Shown: positions 8,890 to 18,049, counted from the first letter of the stretch. The stretch is 64,000 nt of DNA from an uncultured Bacillota bacterium (GCA_958352855.1 CATWQE010000005.1:25785-89784), one strand, 5' to 3'. Notes: a model not told the origin generated them from the letters alone. A program made the numbers and translations.

Positions 8890-10542
8890 GTGAAAGCTAT
8901 GAAACACGAAAAAGACTGGTACAAGGAACTGGTGATTTATCAGATTTATCCCAGAAGCTTTAAAGACGGAAATGGGGATGGAATCGGTGATTTAAAGGGC
9001 ATGATTGAGAAACTGGATTACCTGCAGAAGCTGGGTGTCAATGCAGTGTGGATGTCTCCGGTTTACGCCTCTCCCAATGTGGATAATGGCTACGATATTT
9101 CGGACTATTTCTCTATTATGGAGGAATTCGGCACCATGGAAGACTGGGAAGACTTTCGGGACGGGGCTCACGCACGGGGGATTGCCATTATTATGGATTT
9201 GGTGCTGAATCATACTTCGGATCAGCACATCTGGTTTCAGGAGTCAAAGAAATCCAGAGAAAATTCATATAGTGATTTTTATATCTGGAAAGACCCGGCA
9301 CCGGACGGCGGCGCTCCCAATGGCTGGATGTCTGTGTTTGGGGGCAGCGCCTGGGAATATGTGCCGGAGCGGGGGCAGTATTATCTTCACTTTTTTGCCA
9401 AGGAGCAGCCGGACTTAAACTGGGACTGTGAAGAAGCCAGGGAGAAAATTTTCGATATAATCCGTTTTTGGAACGAAAAGGGTGTGGATGGCTACCGGGT
9501 TGATGCTATCAGCTATCTGGATAAGGGACTGGACGGAAGGGCTGATTTTCAGGAACCCATGGGAACCGTAGCCTGTGCGAATCTGGAAGGGACCCACCGC
9601 TATATACGGGAGATGGCAGCCAAGACCTTTGCCCCTGGAAACCTCATGAGTGTAGGAGAAGTCAATATAAATACAGAGCAGGATGCCAGGAATTATTCCA
9701 GTGCCGGAAGCGGGGAGTTTCACATGGCCATTCCTTTTGTGCCGCCTATTGTAGAGATAAAAACCTGGTCTCCGGAAAAACTGAAACGAGATTTGGAGAA
9801 GGATTATCAGGTGCTGCAGGAAGATGGCTGGTGGGCCAGATTCCTGAGCAATCACGACAAACCACGGCAGGTATCCCTCTATGGAAATGACGGCCCTTAC
9901 TGGAAGGAATCTGCCAAGATGCTGGCCTGTTATCTTCATACGCTGCCGGGAACACCTTTTGTCTATCAGGGAGAAGAACTGGGCATGACCAATGTGCGGT
10001 TTGAATCCATAGAAAAATATGATGACATTGACACAAAGAATTATTATAAGACCATGATAAGTGAGGGAGCTTCCAAAGAGGATGCACTGGCAGAATCCCA
10101 GATTATCAGCAGGGATAATGCCAGAACCCCTATGCAGTGGGATGATACGGTTTATGCAGGATTTTCCAGGCATAAGCCCTGGCTAGGCGTGAATCCCAAT
10201 TATATGGAAATCAATGTTGCCAGCCAAATGGAGGATGAAACGTCGGTGTTCCAGTTCTACCGGAAACTCATTGCCCTTCGCAAGGAAAATCCTGTGATGA
10301 TACATGGGGATTTTGCCCTGTGCTGCCCAAAGGAAGGCCCGGTGATTGCCTATACCAGAAGCCTGGGCGAGGTGACCTGGATGGCTGTTCACAATTTCTC
10401 AGAAGTAGAACAGGTATTTGAGTGCAACAGGGTTCAGGGAACAGAGAAAGTAGTTGTGTCCAATTATGAGGAAAGAAAGATAGAGAAAGGGAAGATTAGA
10501 CTGAGAGCATATGAAACAATGATATTGGAAATGGGGAATTAA
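8890..10542 (+). CDS. GH13 alpha-glucosidase / oligo-1,6-glucosidase family
   Basis: Canonical GH13 regions: YQIYPRSFKDGNGDGIGD, DLVLNHTS, GVDGYRVDAISY (nucleophile Asp), GEVN (acid/base Glu), FLSNHDKPR. 550 aa, cytoplasmic. Confidence 0.9.
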   Translation: MKAMKHEKDWYKELVIYQIYPRSFKDGNGDGIGDLKGMIEKLDYLQKLGVNAVWMSPVYASPNVDNGYDISDYFSIMEEFGTMEDWEDFRDGAHARGIAIIMDLVLNHTSDQHIWFQESKKSRENSYSDFYIWKDPAPDGGAPNGWMSVFGGSAWEYVPERGQYYLHFFAKEQPDLNWDCEEAREKIFDIIRFWNEKGVDGYRVDAISYLDKGLDGRADFQEPMGTVACANLEGTHRYIREMAAKTFAPGNLMSVGEVNINTEQDARNYSSAGSGEFHMAIPFVPPIVEIKTWSPEKLKRDLEKDYQVLQEDGWWARFLSNHDKPRQVSLYGNDGPYWKESAKMLACYLHTLPGTPFVYQGEELGMTNVRFESIEKYDDIDTKNYYKTMISEGASKEDALAESQIISRDNARTPMQWDDTVYAGFSRHKPWLGVNPNYMEINVASQMEDETSVFQFYRKLIALRKENPVMIHGDFALCCPKEGPVIAYTRSLGEVTWMAVHNFSEVEQVFECNRVQGTEKVVVSNYEERKIEKGKIRLRAYETMILEMGN

Positions 10543-10559
10543 AGGAGAAAGAAAGGCAT

Positions 10560-11408
10560 ATGAAAGATAGATATACGATATCCGAGATGGCCAGATTTTT
10601 TAATGTCTCCAGCCAGACCTTACGTTATTATGATAAAATTGGTCTTTATCGTCCGGCAGTGGTGAATCGGGAGAACGGATACCGCTACTATAGTTATGAG
10701 CAGTTTTTTACATTGTCTCTGATTATACAATTGAAAAAACTGAATTTTACACTGGATGACATTCAAAAATACATTCAGATTAAAGATGTAGGATATCTGG
10801 AAGAAATTTTGAAAAAAGAACAAAGGGTTATTGAGGAGGAACTGGTAGAATTACAGAAATTAAAAATAAAAAATCAGATGCTTTTGAAAAAGATTCAACT
10901 TTCCAGAGATGTGGAAGAACAGGAAACCATAGAATTACGTAGAGAGACAGAACGGTATACATATCGGATTCCGATAAATTTTGAAATACAGAATATTTAT
11001 CAGTATATTAAGCTGATGTATGATTCTTATTTACGGGAATTACCAGATGCAGCGGCGGCAGAGCACCGGGAAGTAGTGCTGCAAATTCGAAAGAATAATT
11101 TGCAGCAGAAAAAATTTAGAATTTATAACAGCATTGGATTTTTTATTGATCAGAATGACATTAAGCCAGGATTTGAAATCCATGTGATTCCAGAAGGGGA
11201 TTATGTCACAGGTTATCATATGGGGGCGTATGATACGATTCATCATACGTATGAGAAATTGTATGCATATATTGCAGAACACGCCTATAGTATCGTGGGG
11301 GATTCTTTAGAATTTTCCATCATTAGCATCGCATTAACAAATCAAAAAGAAGATTTTATTACAGAAATTCAGATTCCGGTGAAAATACAGGGAGACAGTA
11401 CACAGTAA
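10560..11408 (+). CDS. MerR family transcriptional regulator with C-terminal effector domain
   Basis: N-terminal MerR HTH (YTISEMARFFNVSSQTLRYYDKIGLYRP), then a coiled-coil region, then a C-terminal domain of about 150 aa. Confidence 0.8.
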   Translation: MKDRYTISEMARFFNVSSQTLRYYDKIGLYRPAVVNRENGYRYYSYEQFFTLSLIIQLKKLNFTLDDIQKYIQIKDVGYLEEILKKEQRVIEEELVELQKLKIKNQMLLKKIQLSRDVEEQETIELRRETERYTYRIPINFEIQNIYQYIKLMYDSYLRELPDAAAAEHREVVLQIRKNNLQQKKFRIYNSIGFFIDQNDIKPGFEIHVIPEGDYVTGYHMGAYDTIHHTYEKLYAYIAEHAYSIVGDSLEFSIISIALTNQKEDFITEIQIPVKIQGDSTQ

Positions 11409-11431
11409 AATTCTGTGTACTGTCTTTTTTT
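11395..11431 (+). terminator. Rho-independent terminator of the merR-family gene
   Basis: ACAGTACACAG pairs with CTGTGTACTGT (11-bp stem, loop contains the TAA stop), followed by CTTTTTTT. Confidence 0.7.
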
Positions 11432-11441
11432 GTGTGGCTAT

Positions 11442-11488
11442 TTGAAAATTGGAGTATAAACTTTATAGTAACTATAAAGTTTATACTC
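11442..11488 (+). promoter_or_regulatory. Perfect 18-1-18 palindrome (37 bp), candidate operator, with TTGAAA upstream
   Basis: GAGTATAAACTTTATAGT-A-ACTATAAAGTTTATACTC at 11452-11488. Every arm position is complementary, checked by hand. TTGAAA lies at 11442-11447. Confidence 0.5.
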
Positions 11489-11532
11489 TGTTAAAAAAAG
11501 ATAAAAAGTAGAAAATAAAAGAAGAAATATCA

Positions 11533-11563
11533 TTGACTTTATAGTTACTATATAGTTTATACT
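11533..11563 (+). promoter_or_regulatory. MerR-type promoter: -35 TTGACT, 19-bp spacer carrying a dyad, -10 TATACT
   Basis: TTGACT at 11533-11538. The spacer contains CTTTATAGT-T-ACTATATAG, a degenerate copy of the upstream palindrome. TATACT at 11558-11563. A 19-bp spacer with an internal dyad is the hallmark of MerR-controlled promoters. About 37 nt upstream of the hydrolase ATG. Confidence 0.5.
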
Positions 11564-11599
11564 TTATTGTAGTAAATAAGTAAACGGAGGAAACGAAGT

Positions 11600-12490
11600 A
11601 TGAAGAGAACATTGAACGTAAGCATCATTCAATCGCCAATGAATCCGGATACAACGGAAAGTCTGCAGTATTTAAAAGAGCAGGTAGCACGATTAATGAG
11701 TGGCTATGTGAAACCAGAATTGATTATTGGTGTGGAACATGGACTTGGCAGAGATTTGCATCGGATTCCTGGGAAAACCATTGAATTTTTAGGAGAAATT
11801 GCCAGGAAATATGGGATTTATTTTATTCCGGGAACTATGTCAGAAATGGCTGGGGAGGAGGAAAAAGACGGTTTTTATAATACGTGTCCTGTCTTTGGAC
11901 CGGACGGCAGTCTGTTGAGAGCATATCGAAAAAAAGTGCCTTTTCGTCCGGGAGAACCTTCTCGGCCAAGTGAAGATGATGAATATTGTATTTTTGAAAT
12001 TCCAGAAAAACATATTAAAGTGGGGGTTCTCATTTGTTATGATCAGTTTTTTCCGGAAATTGCAAGAACATTGGCATTAGAAGGCGCAGAACTTTTGGTA
12101 TGTCCTGCACTGGATCCTATGGAATATGACTACATTTGTGACATCCTGCCAAGAGCAAGAGCACTGGAAAATGAGCTGTTTTACATTTGGACTTGTGGAA
12201 CTGGAAATACCCCGTCTGGAACCTGCTGTGGACATTCTACCATTGTAAATCCAGAGGGAGGGGTGGTATATAAGTGTGGAAGTCTGCCTATGGTATATAC
12301 AGCAGTGTTAGATTTTGATGAGGTTATCAGAAAACGGATTTATGGACGAGATCAGCATTTGAATTCTCTAAGAGAATTTAAAGTGAAATATCCATACAGT
12401 GGAAGACTGGAAGAAGCGCCGGTATATGAGAATATGCCGGGGCTTACCAAAAATCCGCAGGAATATCTGGAGAGAATCTCTGAGGATTAG
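11600..12490 (+). CDS. Carbon-nitrogen hydrolase family protein (nitrilase/amidase superfamily)
   Basis: CN-hydrolase signatures including the catalytic-Cys region KVGVLICYDQFFPE. RBS GGAGGAAACGAAG. Confidence 0.8.
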   Translation: MKRTLNVSIIQSPMNPDTTESLQYLKEQVARLMSGYVKPELIIGVEHGLGRDLHRIPGKTIEFLGEIARKYGIYFIPGTMSEMAGEEEKDGFYNTCPVFGPDGSLLRAYRKKVPFRPGEPSRPSEDDEYCIFEIPEKHIKVGVLICYDQFFPEIARTLALEGAELLVCPALDPMEYDYICDILPRARALENELFYIWTCGTGNTPSGTCCGHSTIVNPEGGVVYKCGSLPMVYTAVLDFDEVIRKRIYGRDQHLNSLREFKVKYPYSGRLEEAPVYENMPGLTKNPQEYLERISED

Positions 12491-12518
12491 TAGGGAAGAT
12501 AAGTGGGAGGTAAAAAAC

Positions 12519-13823
12519 ATGGAGAAAAAGTGTAGTAGAAATATGGCAATTTTTAAATTCCTGGTGTTCTCAGGGGTAGGCGTATTTATGTTTTTTGTAA
12601 ACATAGAAATAAATGGAGTCAGTGTAATTCCTATTCAGCATATGATAAATTTTGTAAAAGCTACATGCGGACCCATTATTCCGTACTATACACTGATTAT
12701 GGTTACTTTTGGCGTAGTGGCGCCGATTGTTACAAAAGCTTATAAGAAATCGAAATTCGATTTGGTTTTTACGATCACGAAGGCTTTTGGTGTGGTAATT
12801 TCCATTATGGCCATCTTTAATATTGGACCGGCACCGTTAATGAAAGATGATATGATTCCGTTCCTGTTTAACAGTTTGGTTGTTCCTATTGCATTGATGA
12901 TTCCGCTGACTGGAATTGCTTACGTACTGATGCTGAATTTTGGTTTGGTAGAATTTATTGGTATGTTTATGCGTCCGATTATGAAAAAGATTTGGAAAAC
13001 ACCAGGAGAAAGTGCAGTAGATGCTATCGTTTCCTTTGCAGGTGGATATTCTCTGGCAGTTTTGTTGACTAGTGATTTTTATAAAAAGGGTATTTATACC
13101 AGAAAACAGAGTATCATTATTTCTACTGGATTTTCAACGGTAGCAACCTCCTTTTTGATTGTTATTGCAAATACACTGGGAATTATGGAACATTGGACCT
13201 TGTATTTCTTTACCTGCTTGTTCGTAACATTTGCAGTAACAGCAATTTGTGCCAGAATTTATCCAATTAGCAAGGAACCGGAAGATTATTACGATAAACC
13301 GGCAGAAATCGTGGAAAATAAGGGAGGAAATCTTTTCAAAAATGCTTTTGAGAGTGGTGTAGAAGTTGCTCAGAATGCAGAACCTCTCTGGGTGCATTTA
13401 AAACGATATTATGTAGGAGATGCTATGAAAATGGCCTCTTCTGTGACTGCCAGCATTTTAACCATTGGTTTGATTGGTCTGATTGTGGCAAACTTTACGC
13501 TAGTATTTGATTGGGTAGGTTATATTTTTTATCCGTTTACCAGAATTTTGCAGCTTCCAGAGCCTATGATTGCAGCAAAAGCAGCGGCTATTGAAATAGC
13601 AGAAATGTTTCTTCCGTCCTTACTGGTAGTAGCAACGCCAATGGTGACAAAATTTACCATTGCGGTTACCAGTGTATCGGCGGTGCTGTTCTTTTCAGCG
13701 TCGATTCCGAGTTTACTGTCCACAGATATTCCCATCAAAATGAGAAATATTCTCTTAATTTGGGTGGAGAGAACGATTTTTTCTTTAATCTTGGCAGCAG
13801 GAATTGCACATCTGTTTTTCTGA
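12519..13823 (+). CDS. Polytopic membrane protein, YjiH / nucleoside-recognition (Gate) family-like putative transporter
   Basis: About 10 predicted TM helices. Start placed at the ATG at 12519 behind GGGAGG. The longer frame from 12399 overlaps the hydrolase and lacks an RBS. Family assignment is by overall resemblance only. Confidence 0.45.
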   Translation: MEKKCSRNMAIFKFLVFSGVGVFMFFVNIEINGVSVIPIQHMINFVKATCGPIIPYYTLIMVTFGVVAPIVTKAYKKSKFDLVFTITKAFGVVISIMAIFNIGPAPLMKDDMIPFLFNSLVVPIALMIPLTGIAYVLMLNFGLVEFIGMFMRPIMKKIWKTPGESAVDAIVSFAGGYSLAVLLTSDFYKKGIYTRKQSIIISTGFSTVATSFLIVIANTLGIMEHWTLYFFTCLFVTFAVTAICARIYPISKEPEDYYDKPAEIVENKGGNLFKNAFESGVEVAQNAEPLWVHLKRYYVGDAMKMASSVTASILTIGLIGLIVANFTLVFDWVGYIFYPFTRILQLPEPMIAAKAAAIEIAEMFLPSLLVVATPMVTKFTIAVTSVSAVLFFSASIPSLLSTDIPIKMRNILLIWVERTIFSLILAAGIAHLFF

Positions 13824-13949
13824 AAGGAAAAAATATTTTCAAAAGTAAAAGGATTGAAAAACGCTCTCCTTTCGTTTATAATACAAGTTAGACTGTGATA
13901 TTTATTGCAGACAAGAAAATGGAAAAAATACAAAAGGCAGGTAAGATAC

Positions 13950-14453
13950 ATGGCATTATTACAGGAATGGAGAGAGATTGCATATTCTCAGCAGACAGAC
14001 AGAGCACAGCTTCAGAAATTCTGGACAGACTACTTTATGATTGAGAAAGGAATTTATGAGAAGCTTCTCAGCAATCCAAAGGAAGTAGTAAAAGGAACTG
14101 TAAAAGAACTGGCAGAGAAATACGAAGTAGAAGTATTGACTATGGTAGGTTTCCTGGATGGTATCAATGACAGCTTAAAAGTTCCAAACCCAATCGAGGA
14201 AATGGATGAAAATACAGAAGTAAATCTGGGCTATGACCTGGAAACTCTGTACAAGAACATGGTAGATGCAAAGGCAGACTGGCTCTATGAACTGCCACAG
14301 TGGAACAGCATTTTCTCTGAAGAAAAGAGAAAAGAACTGTACAAGGAGCAGAAAAAATCAGGAACAGTTGTAAAAGGACCTAAGATCGGACGTAATGATC
14401 CTTGTCCATGCGGAAGCGGCAAAAAGTACAAACACTGCTGTGGAAGAAAATAA
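13950..14453 (+). CDS. SEC-C metal-binding domain protein (YecA-like)
   Basis: C-terminal [18 protein letters not shown] zinc motif. Start at the internal ATG, about 168 aa. Confidence 0.7.
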   Translation: MALLQEWREIAYSQQTDRAQLQKFWTDYFMIEKGIYEKLLSNPKEVVKGTVKELAEKYEVEVLTMVGFLDGINDSLKVPNPIEEMDENTEVNLGYDLETLYKNMVDAKADWLYELPQWNSIFSEEKRKELYKEQKKSGTVVKGPKIGRNDPCPCGSGKKYKHCCGRK

Positions 14454-14480
14454 TTTTCAGAACAAAACAGAATCTGACAG

Positions 14481-14526
14481 AACCTTCTCATAAGACATGA
14501 ACTGTACTGTGAGAAGGTTTTTTGTA
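14481..14526 (+). terminator. Rho-independent terminator
   Basis: AACCTTCTCA pairs with TGAGAAGGTT, followed by TTTTG. Confidence 0.6.
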
Positions 14527-14561
14527 CTTTTGTTTCTGGCGGTTTTTAGACAGGAGGAATT

Positions 14562-15323
14562 ATGGCAGAGAAAATAATGATTTTTTTAGGGCTTTTAAGC
14601 CTTGGGTATTTTGCGGGAATTGTTGCCTATGCAGGTTGGTCATCTAAATTTCCGGTATTCTGGGCAGCGCTTGGATTTTGCTTCCTGGCAGCAGCCTGGG
14701 CATTTCACAGACATATTCAGCTTCCAAAAGGGCTGAAAATTACAGGGATGATATGCATAGGCTGTGGGGTGGCGCTGTTTCTTCTGGTAGAAGGGCTGAT
14801 TGTAAGCGCTATGCTTCAGAAGCCAGAGAGGGGGCTTGATTACATAGTAGTTCTTGGGGCGCAGGTAAAAGGAAACCGCCCAAGTCTGGCACTTTCGCAC
14901 CGGATTCAGAAGGCAGCCGAATATTTGAAGGAAAATCCGGAAACAAAAGCTATTCTTTCAGGCGGAAAAGGTACAGGGGAGGACATATCAGAAGCCCGAT
15001 GCATGAGACAGGAGCTGGAAAAACTGGGCATTGCCAGAGAACGGCTTATAGAAGAAAACCGTTCCACCAGTACCCAGGAGAATGTTGCCTATTCCTATGC
15101 ATTGCTGCAGGCGGACAGCCGAAAAGAAGCAGAGCAAAAGAAAATAAAGACAGGGATTGTTACGAACAATTTTCATATTTACCGCAGCACAGCTATTGCC
15201 AGAAAGAAGATGGACTGTCAGATTCAGGGAATTCCGGCAAAGAGTAACAAGTTCCTTCAAATGAACTATCTGATACGGGAATTCTTCGGTGTGGTGAAGG
15301 ATAAACTGGCGGGAAATCTGTAA
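14562..15323 (+). CDS. DUF218 / YdcF-SanA family protein
   Basis: N-terminal TM helices plus a DUF218 core (ILSGGKGTGEDISEA...HIYRS). RBS AGGAGG. Confidence 0.7.
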   Translation: MAEKIMIFLGLLSLGYFAGIVAYAGWSSKFPVFWAALGFCFLAAAWAFHRHIQLPKGLKITGMICIGCGVALFLLVEGLIVSAMLQKPERGLDYIVVLGAQVKGNRPSLALSHRIQKAAEYLKENPETKAILSGGKGTGEDISEARCMRQELEKLGIARERLIEENRSTSTQENVAYSYALLQADSRKEAEQKKIKTGIVTNNFHIYRSTAIARKKMDCQIQGIPAKSNKFLQMNYLIREFFGVVKDKLAGNL

Positions 15324-15332
15324 AGTTAGTGG

Positions 15333-15360
15333 TTGACAAATCCTTTTAACAAGCTATAAT
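15333..15360 (+). promoter_or_regulatory. Sigma-A-type promoter of the thrS leader
   Basis: TTGACA (15333-15338), 16-bp spacer, TATAAT (15355-15360). Confidence 0.6.
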
Positions 15361-15622
15361 ATGGACATATAGAAAACACGTTGAAGAGAAGAGTAGGATG
15401 TGGAAGGTCCCAGAGAGGAGCGCAGATGCTGGAAGCGTTCTGTCACAGAAGCATTTGAAAACTACCTCTGAGTGGCCCCAATCCGGTCCGGTGATTCCGT
15501 TATCATCAAATGAAGTGGTTACCAAAGCAATAGCTTTGAACAAAAAGGGTGGAACCGCGGGTAAAATGTAAATATGCCCGTCCCTTGCAGTCTGGAAATG
15601 ACTGCAGGGGACGGGTTTTTTG
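15361..15622 (+). ncRNA. T-box riboswitch leader (threonine specifier) with intrinsic terminator
   Basis: Conserved T-box sequence AAAGGGTGGAACCGCGG at 15544-15560. Candidate specifier GAAAACUACC with Thr codon ACU/ACC. Terminator hairpin GCCCGTCCCTTGCAGTC...GACTGCAGGGGACGGG followed by TTTTTTG at 15576-15622. Confidence 0.85.
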
Positions 15623-15674
15623 TTTTATAAAAAAGTATGCGTACCTCTGCAGTATCTAAGAAAGGAGAAGAAAC

Positions 15675-17651
15675 ATGATCATTACTTTAAAAGACGGATC
15701 AAAAAAAGAATATGCAGAAGCAAAATCTGTATATGAGATTGCCCTGGATATCAGCGAAGGGCTGGCACGCGCAGCATGTGCAGGAGAAATTAACGGAGAA
15801 GTGGTAGATTTAAGAACCGTAGTGGACAAGGATTGTGAATTGAACATTCTCACAGCCAATGATGAAAAAGGTCTGGCAGCTCTTCGCCATACTACTTCCC
15901 ATGTACTGGCAGAAGCTGTGAAGAATCTGTATCCAGATGCAAAACTGGCTATTGGACCGTCTATTGACAATGGCTTTTACTATGATTTTGACCATGAATC
16001 CTTTAGCCAGGAAGAGTTAGACGCACTGGAAAAAGAGATGAAAAAAATCATCAAAAAAGGCGCAAAAATTGAACGCTATACACTGCCAAGAGCAGAAGCT
16101 ATTAAATTTATGGAAGAAAAAGGGGAGTCTTACAAGGTAGAGCTGATTCAGGATTTACCGGAAGACGCAGAGATTTCTTTCTATTCTCAGGGAGATTTCG
16201 TGGACTTATGTGCAGGACCTCACTTAATGAGCACCAAAAATATCAAAGCCTTTAAACTGATTTCTTCTTCAGGAGCATATTGGAGAGGAAATGAGAAAAA
16301 CAAGATGCTTTCCCGTATTTACGGAACTGCTTTTGGAAAAAAGGATGAGTTAAACGCTTATCTGGAGCAGTTAGAAGAAGCAAAAAAACGCGACCACAAC
16401 AAGCTGGGAAGAGAGATGGAACTCTTTACAACCGTAGATGTTATTGGTCAGGGTCTTCCGCTTCTCATGCCAAAAGGTGTGATTATGCTGAAAGAACTCC
16501 AGAGATGGATTGAAGATCTGGAGGATAATGAGTGGGGCTATGTTCGCACCAAAACACCTCTTATGGCGAAGAGTGACTTATATAAAATCTCAGGACACTG
16601 GGATCACTATAAAGAAGGAATGTTTGTTCTGGGGGATGAAGAGAAGGACAAGGAAGTGTTTGCACTGCGTCCTATGACCTGTCCATTCCAGTATTATGTA
16701 TACAAAGCAAGCCAGCATTCCTATAGAGAACTTCCAATCCGCTATGGTGAGACTTCTACTTTATTTAGAAATGAAGATTCCGGTGAAATGCATGGCCTGA
16801 CACGTGTACGCCAGTTTACTATTTCAGAGGGACATCTGGTAGTACGTCCTGACCAGATGGTAGAAGAGTTTAAGGGCTGTCTGGCGCTGGCAAAGCATTG
16901 TCTGGAAACGCTGGGTGTTGAGGAGGATGTTACTTACCATTTGTCAAAATGGGATCCTGAAAACAAAGAAAAATATATCGGAGAGCCGGAAGTCTGGGAA
17001 GAAACAGAAGGACATATCAGAAACGTTCTGACAGAACTTGGTATTCCTTTTGTGGAAGATGTGGGAGAAGCTGCGTTCTACGGACCAAAGGTTGATATTA
17101 ATGCCAAGAATGTATATGGAAAAGAAGATACCATGATTACCATTCAGTGGGATGCGCTTTTGGCAGAGCAGTTTGATATGTACTATATCGATGAAAATGG
17201 TGATAAGAAGCGTCCATGTATTATTCATAGAACTGCAATGGGATGCTACGAAAGAACACTGGCATGGTTAATCGAAAAATATGCAGGTTTATTCCCAACC
17301 TGGCTGTGTCCGGAACAGGTACGTGTACTTCCGATTTCTGAAAAATACGTAGATTATGCGGAAAAAGTGCAGAAAGAATTAAAAGCAAATGGCATTCGTT
17401 CCAGCGTGGATGGACGTTCTGAGAAAATCGGCTACAAGATTCGTGAAGCGCGTCTGGCAAAAGTTCCTTATATGTTAGTAGTGGGAGCAAAAGAGGAAGA
17501 AGATCAGGTGGTTTCTGTAAGAAGCCGCTACTTAGGTGATGAAGGCCAGAAACCATTAGACGAATTTGTAAATGCTATCTGCAAGGAAATTCGTACAAAG
17601 GAAATCCGTAAGATTGAAGTGGATGCGCAGGGGAAGAAAATAGAAAATTAA
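15675..17651 (+). CDS. thrS: Threonine--tRNA ligase
   Basis: 658 aa with TGS, second-additional domain, class II core and anticodon-binding domain. Preceded by a Thr T-box. Confidence 0.97.
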   Translation: MIITLKDGSKKEYAEAKSVYEIALDISEGLARAACAGEINGEVVDLRTVVDKDCELNILTANDEKGLAALRHTTSHVLAEAVKNLYPDAKLAIGPSIDNGFYYDFDHESFSQEELDALEKEMKKIIKKGAKIERYTLPRAEAIKFMEEKGESYKVELIQDLPEDAEISFYSQGDFVDLCAGPHLMSTKNIKAFKLISSSGAYWRGNEKNKMLSRIYGTAFGKKDELNAYLEQLEEAKKRDHNKLGREMELFTTVDVIGQGLPLLMPKGVIMLKELQRWIEDLEDNEWGYVRTKTPLMAKSDLYKISGHWDHYKEGMFVLGDEEKDKEVFALRPMTCPFQYYVYKASQHSYRELPIRYGETSTLFRNEDSGEMHGLTRVRQFTISEGHLVVRPDQMVEEFKGCLALAKHCLETLGVEEDVTYHLSKWDPENKEKYIGEPEVWEETEGHIRNVLTELGIPFVEDVGEAAFYGPKVDINAKNVYGKEDTMITIQWDALLAEQFDMYYIDENGDKKRPCIIHRTAMGCYERTLAWLIEKYAGLFPTWLCPEQVRVLPISEKYVDYAEKVQKELKANGIRSSVDGRSEKIGYKIREARLAKVPYMLVVGAKEEEDQVVSVRSRYLGDEGQKPLDEFVNAICKEIRTKEIRKIEVDAQGKKIEN

Positions 17652-17731
17652 AAAAATAAGAACTTTGGAATAAACTCAGAAAATGGAGAGATACTATCAC
17701 TGATAAAAAAATGAATTCAGGAGGTAGAAGG

Positions 17732-18049
17732 ATGCCAGCATTAAGTTGTACAGCAAAAACATGTGTGTATAATAAAAATGAGTATTGTTCCAAAGGTGAT
17801 ATTCTGGTGGACGGAGATACCGCCCAGACAGCAGATGAAACCTGCTGCAGAAGTTTCGTAGAGAAAAAAGGAAGTGCAAAAAACAGCGTAGATACAGGAT
17901 GCGGATGTAAGACCATTGCCGTAGACTGCAAAGCCTGTGAATGTACCTTTAACAAGCAGGAAAAATGTAATGCGGACAAAATTACCATTACAGGTACAAG
18001 CGCCTGCAAGTGTGACGAAACCTGCTGCGGCAGCTTTAGAAGACAGTAA
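17732..18049 (+). CDS. DUF1540 domain protein (tandem Cys-rich repeats)
   Basis: Two copies of the CxxxxCxxNxxxxCxA...I.V DUF1540-type repeat. Start placed at MPALSC behind GGAGG. Confidence 0.6.
   Translation: MPALSCTAKTCVYNKNEYCSKGDILVDGDTAQTADETCCRSFVEKKGSAKNSVDTGCGCKTIAVDCKACECTFNKQEKCNADKITITGTSACKCDETCCGSFRRQ

Noticed and set aside
9415-10173. 252-aa minus-strand ORF (plus 9746-10087 and 10183-10392) inside the GH13 gene
   Set aside because: It lies antisense within a well-supported GH13 coding region. It is His, Gly and Pro-rich and has no RBS, which is typical of mirror-frame artefacts in a GC-richer gene.
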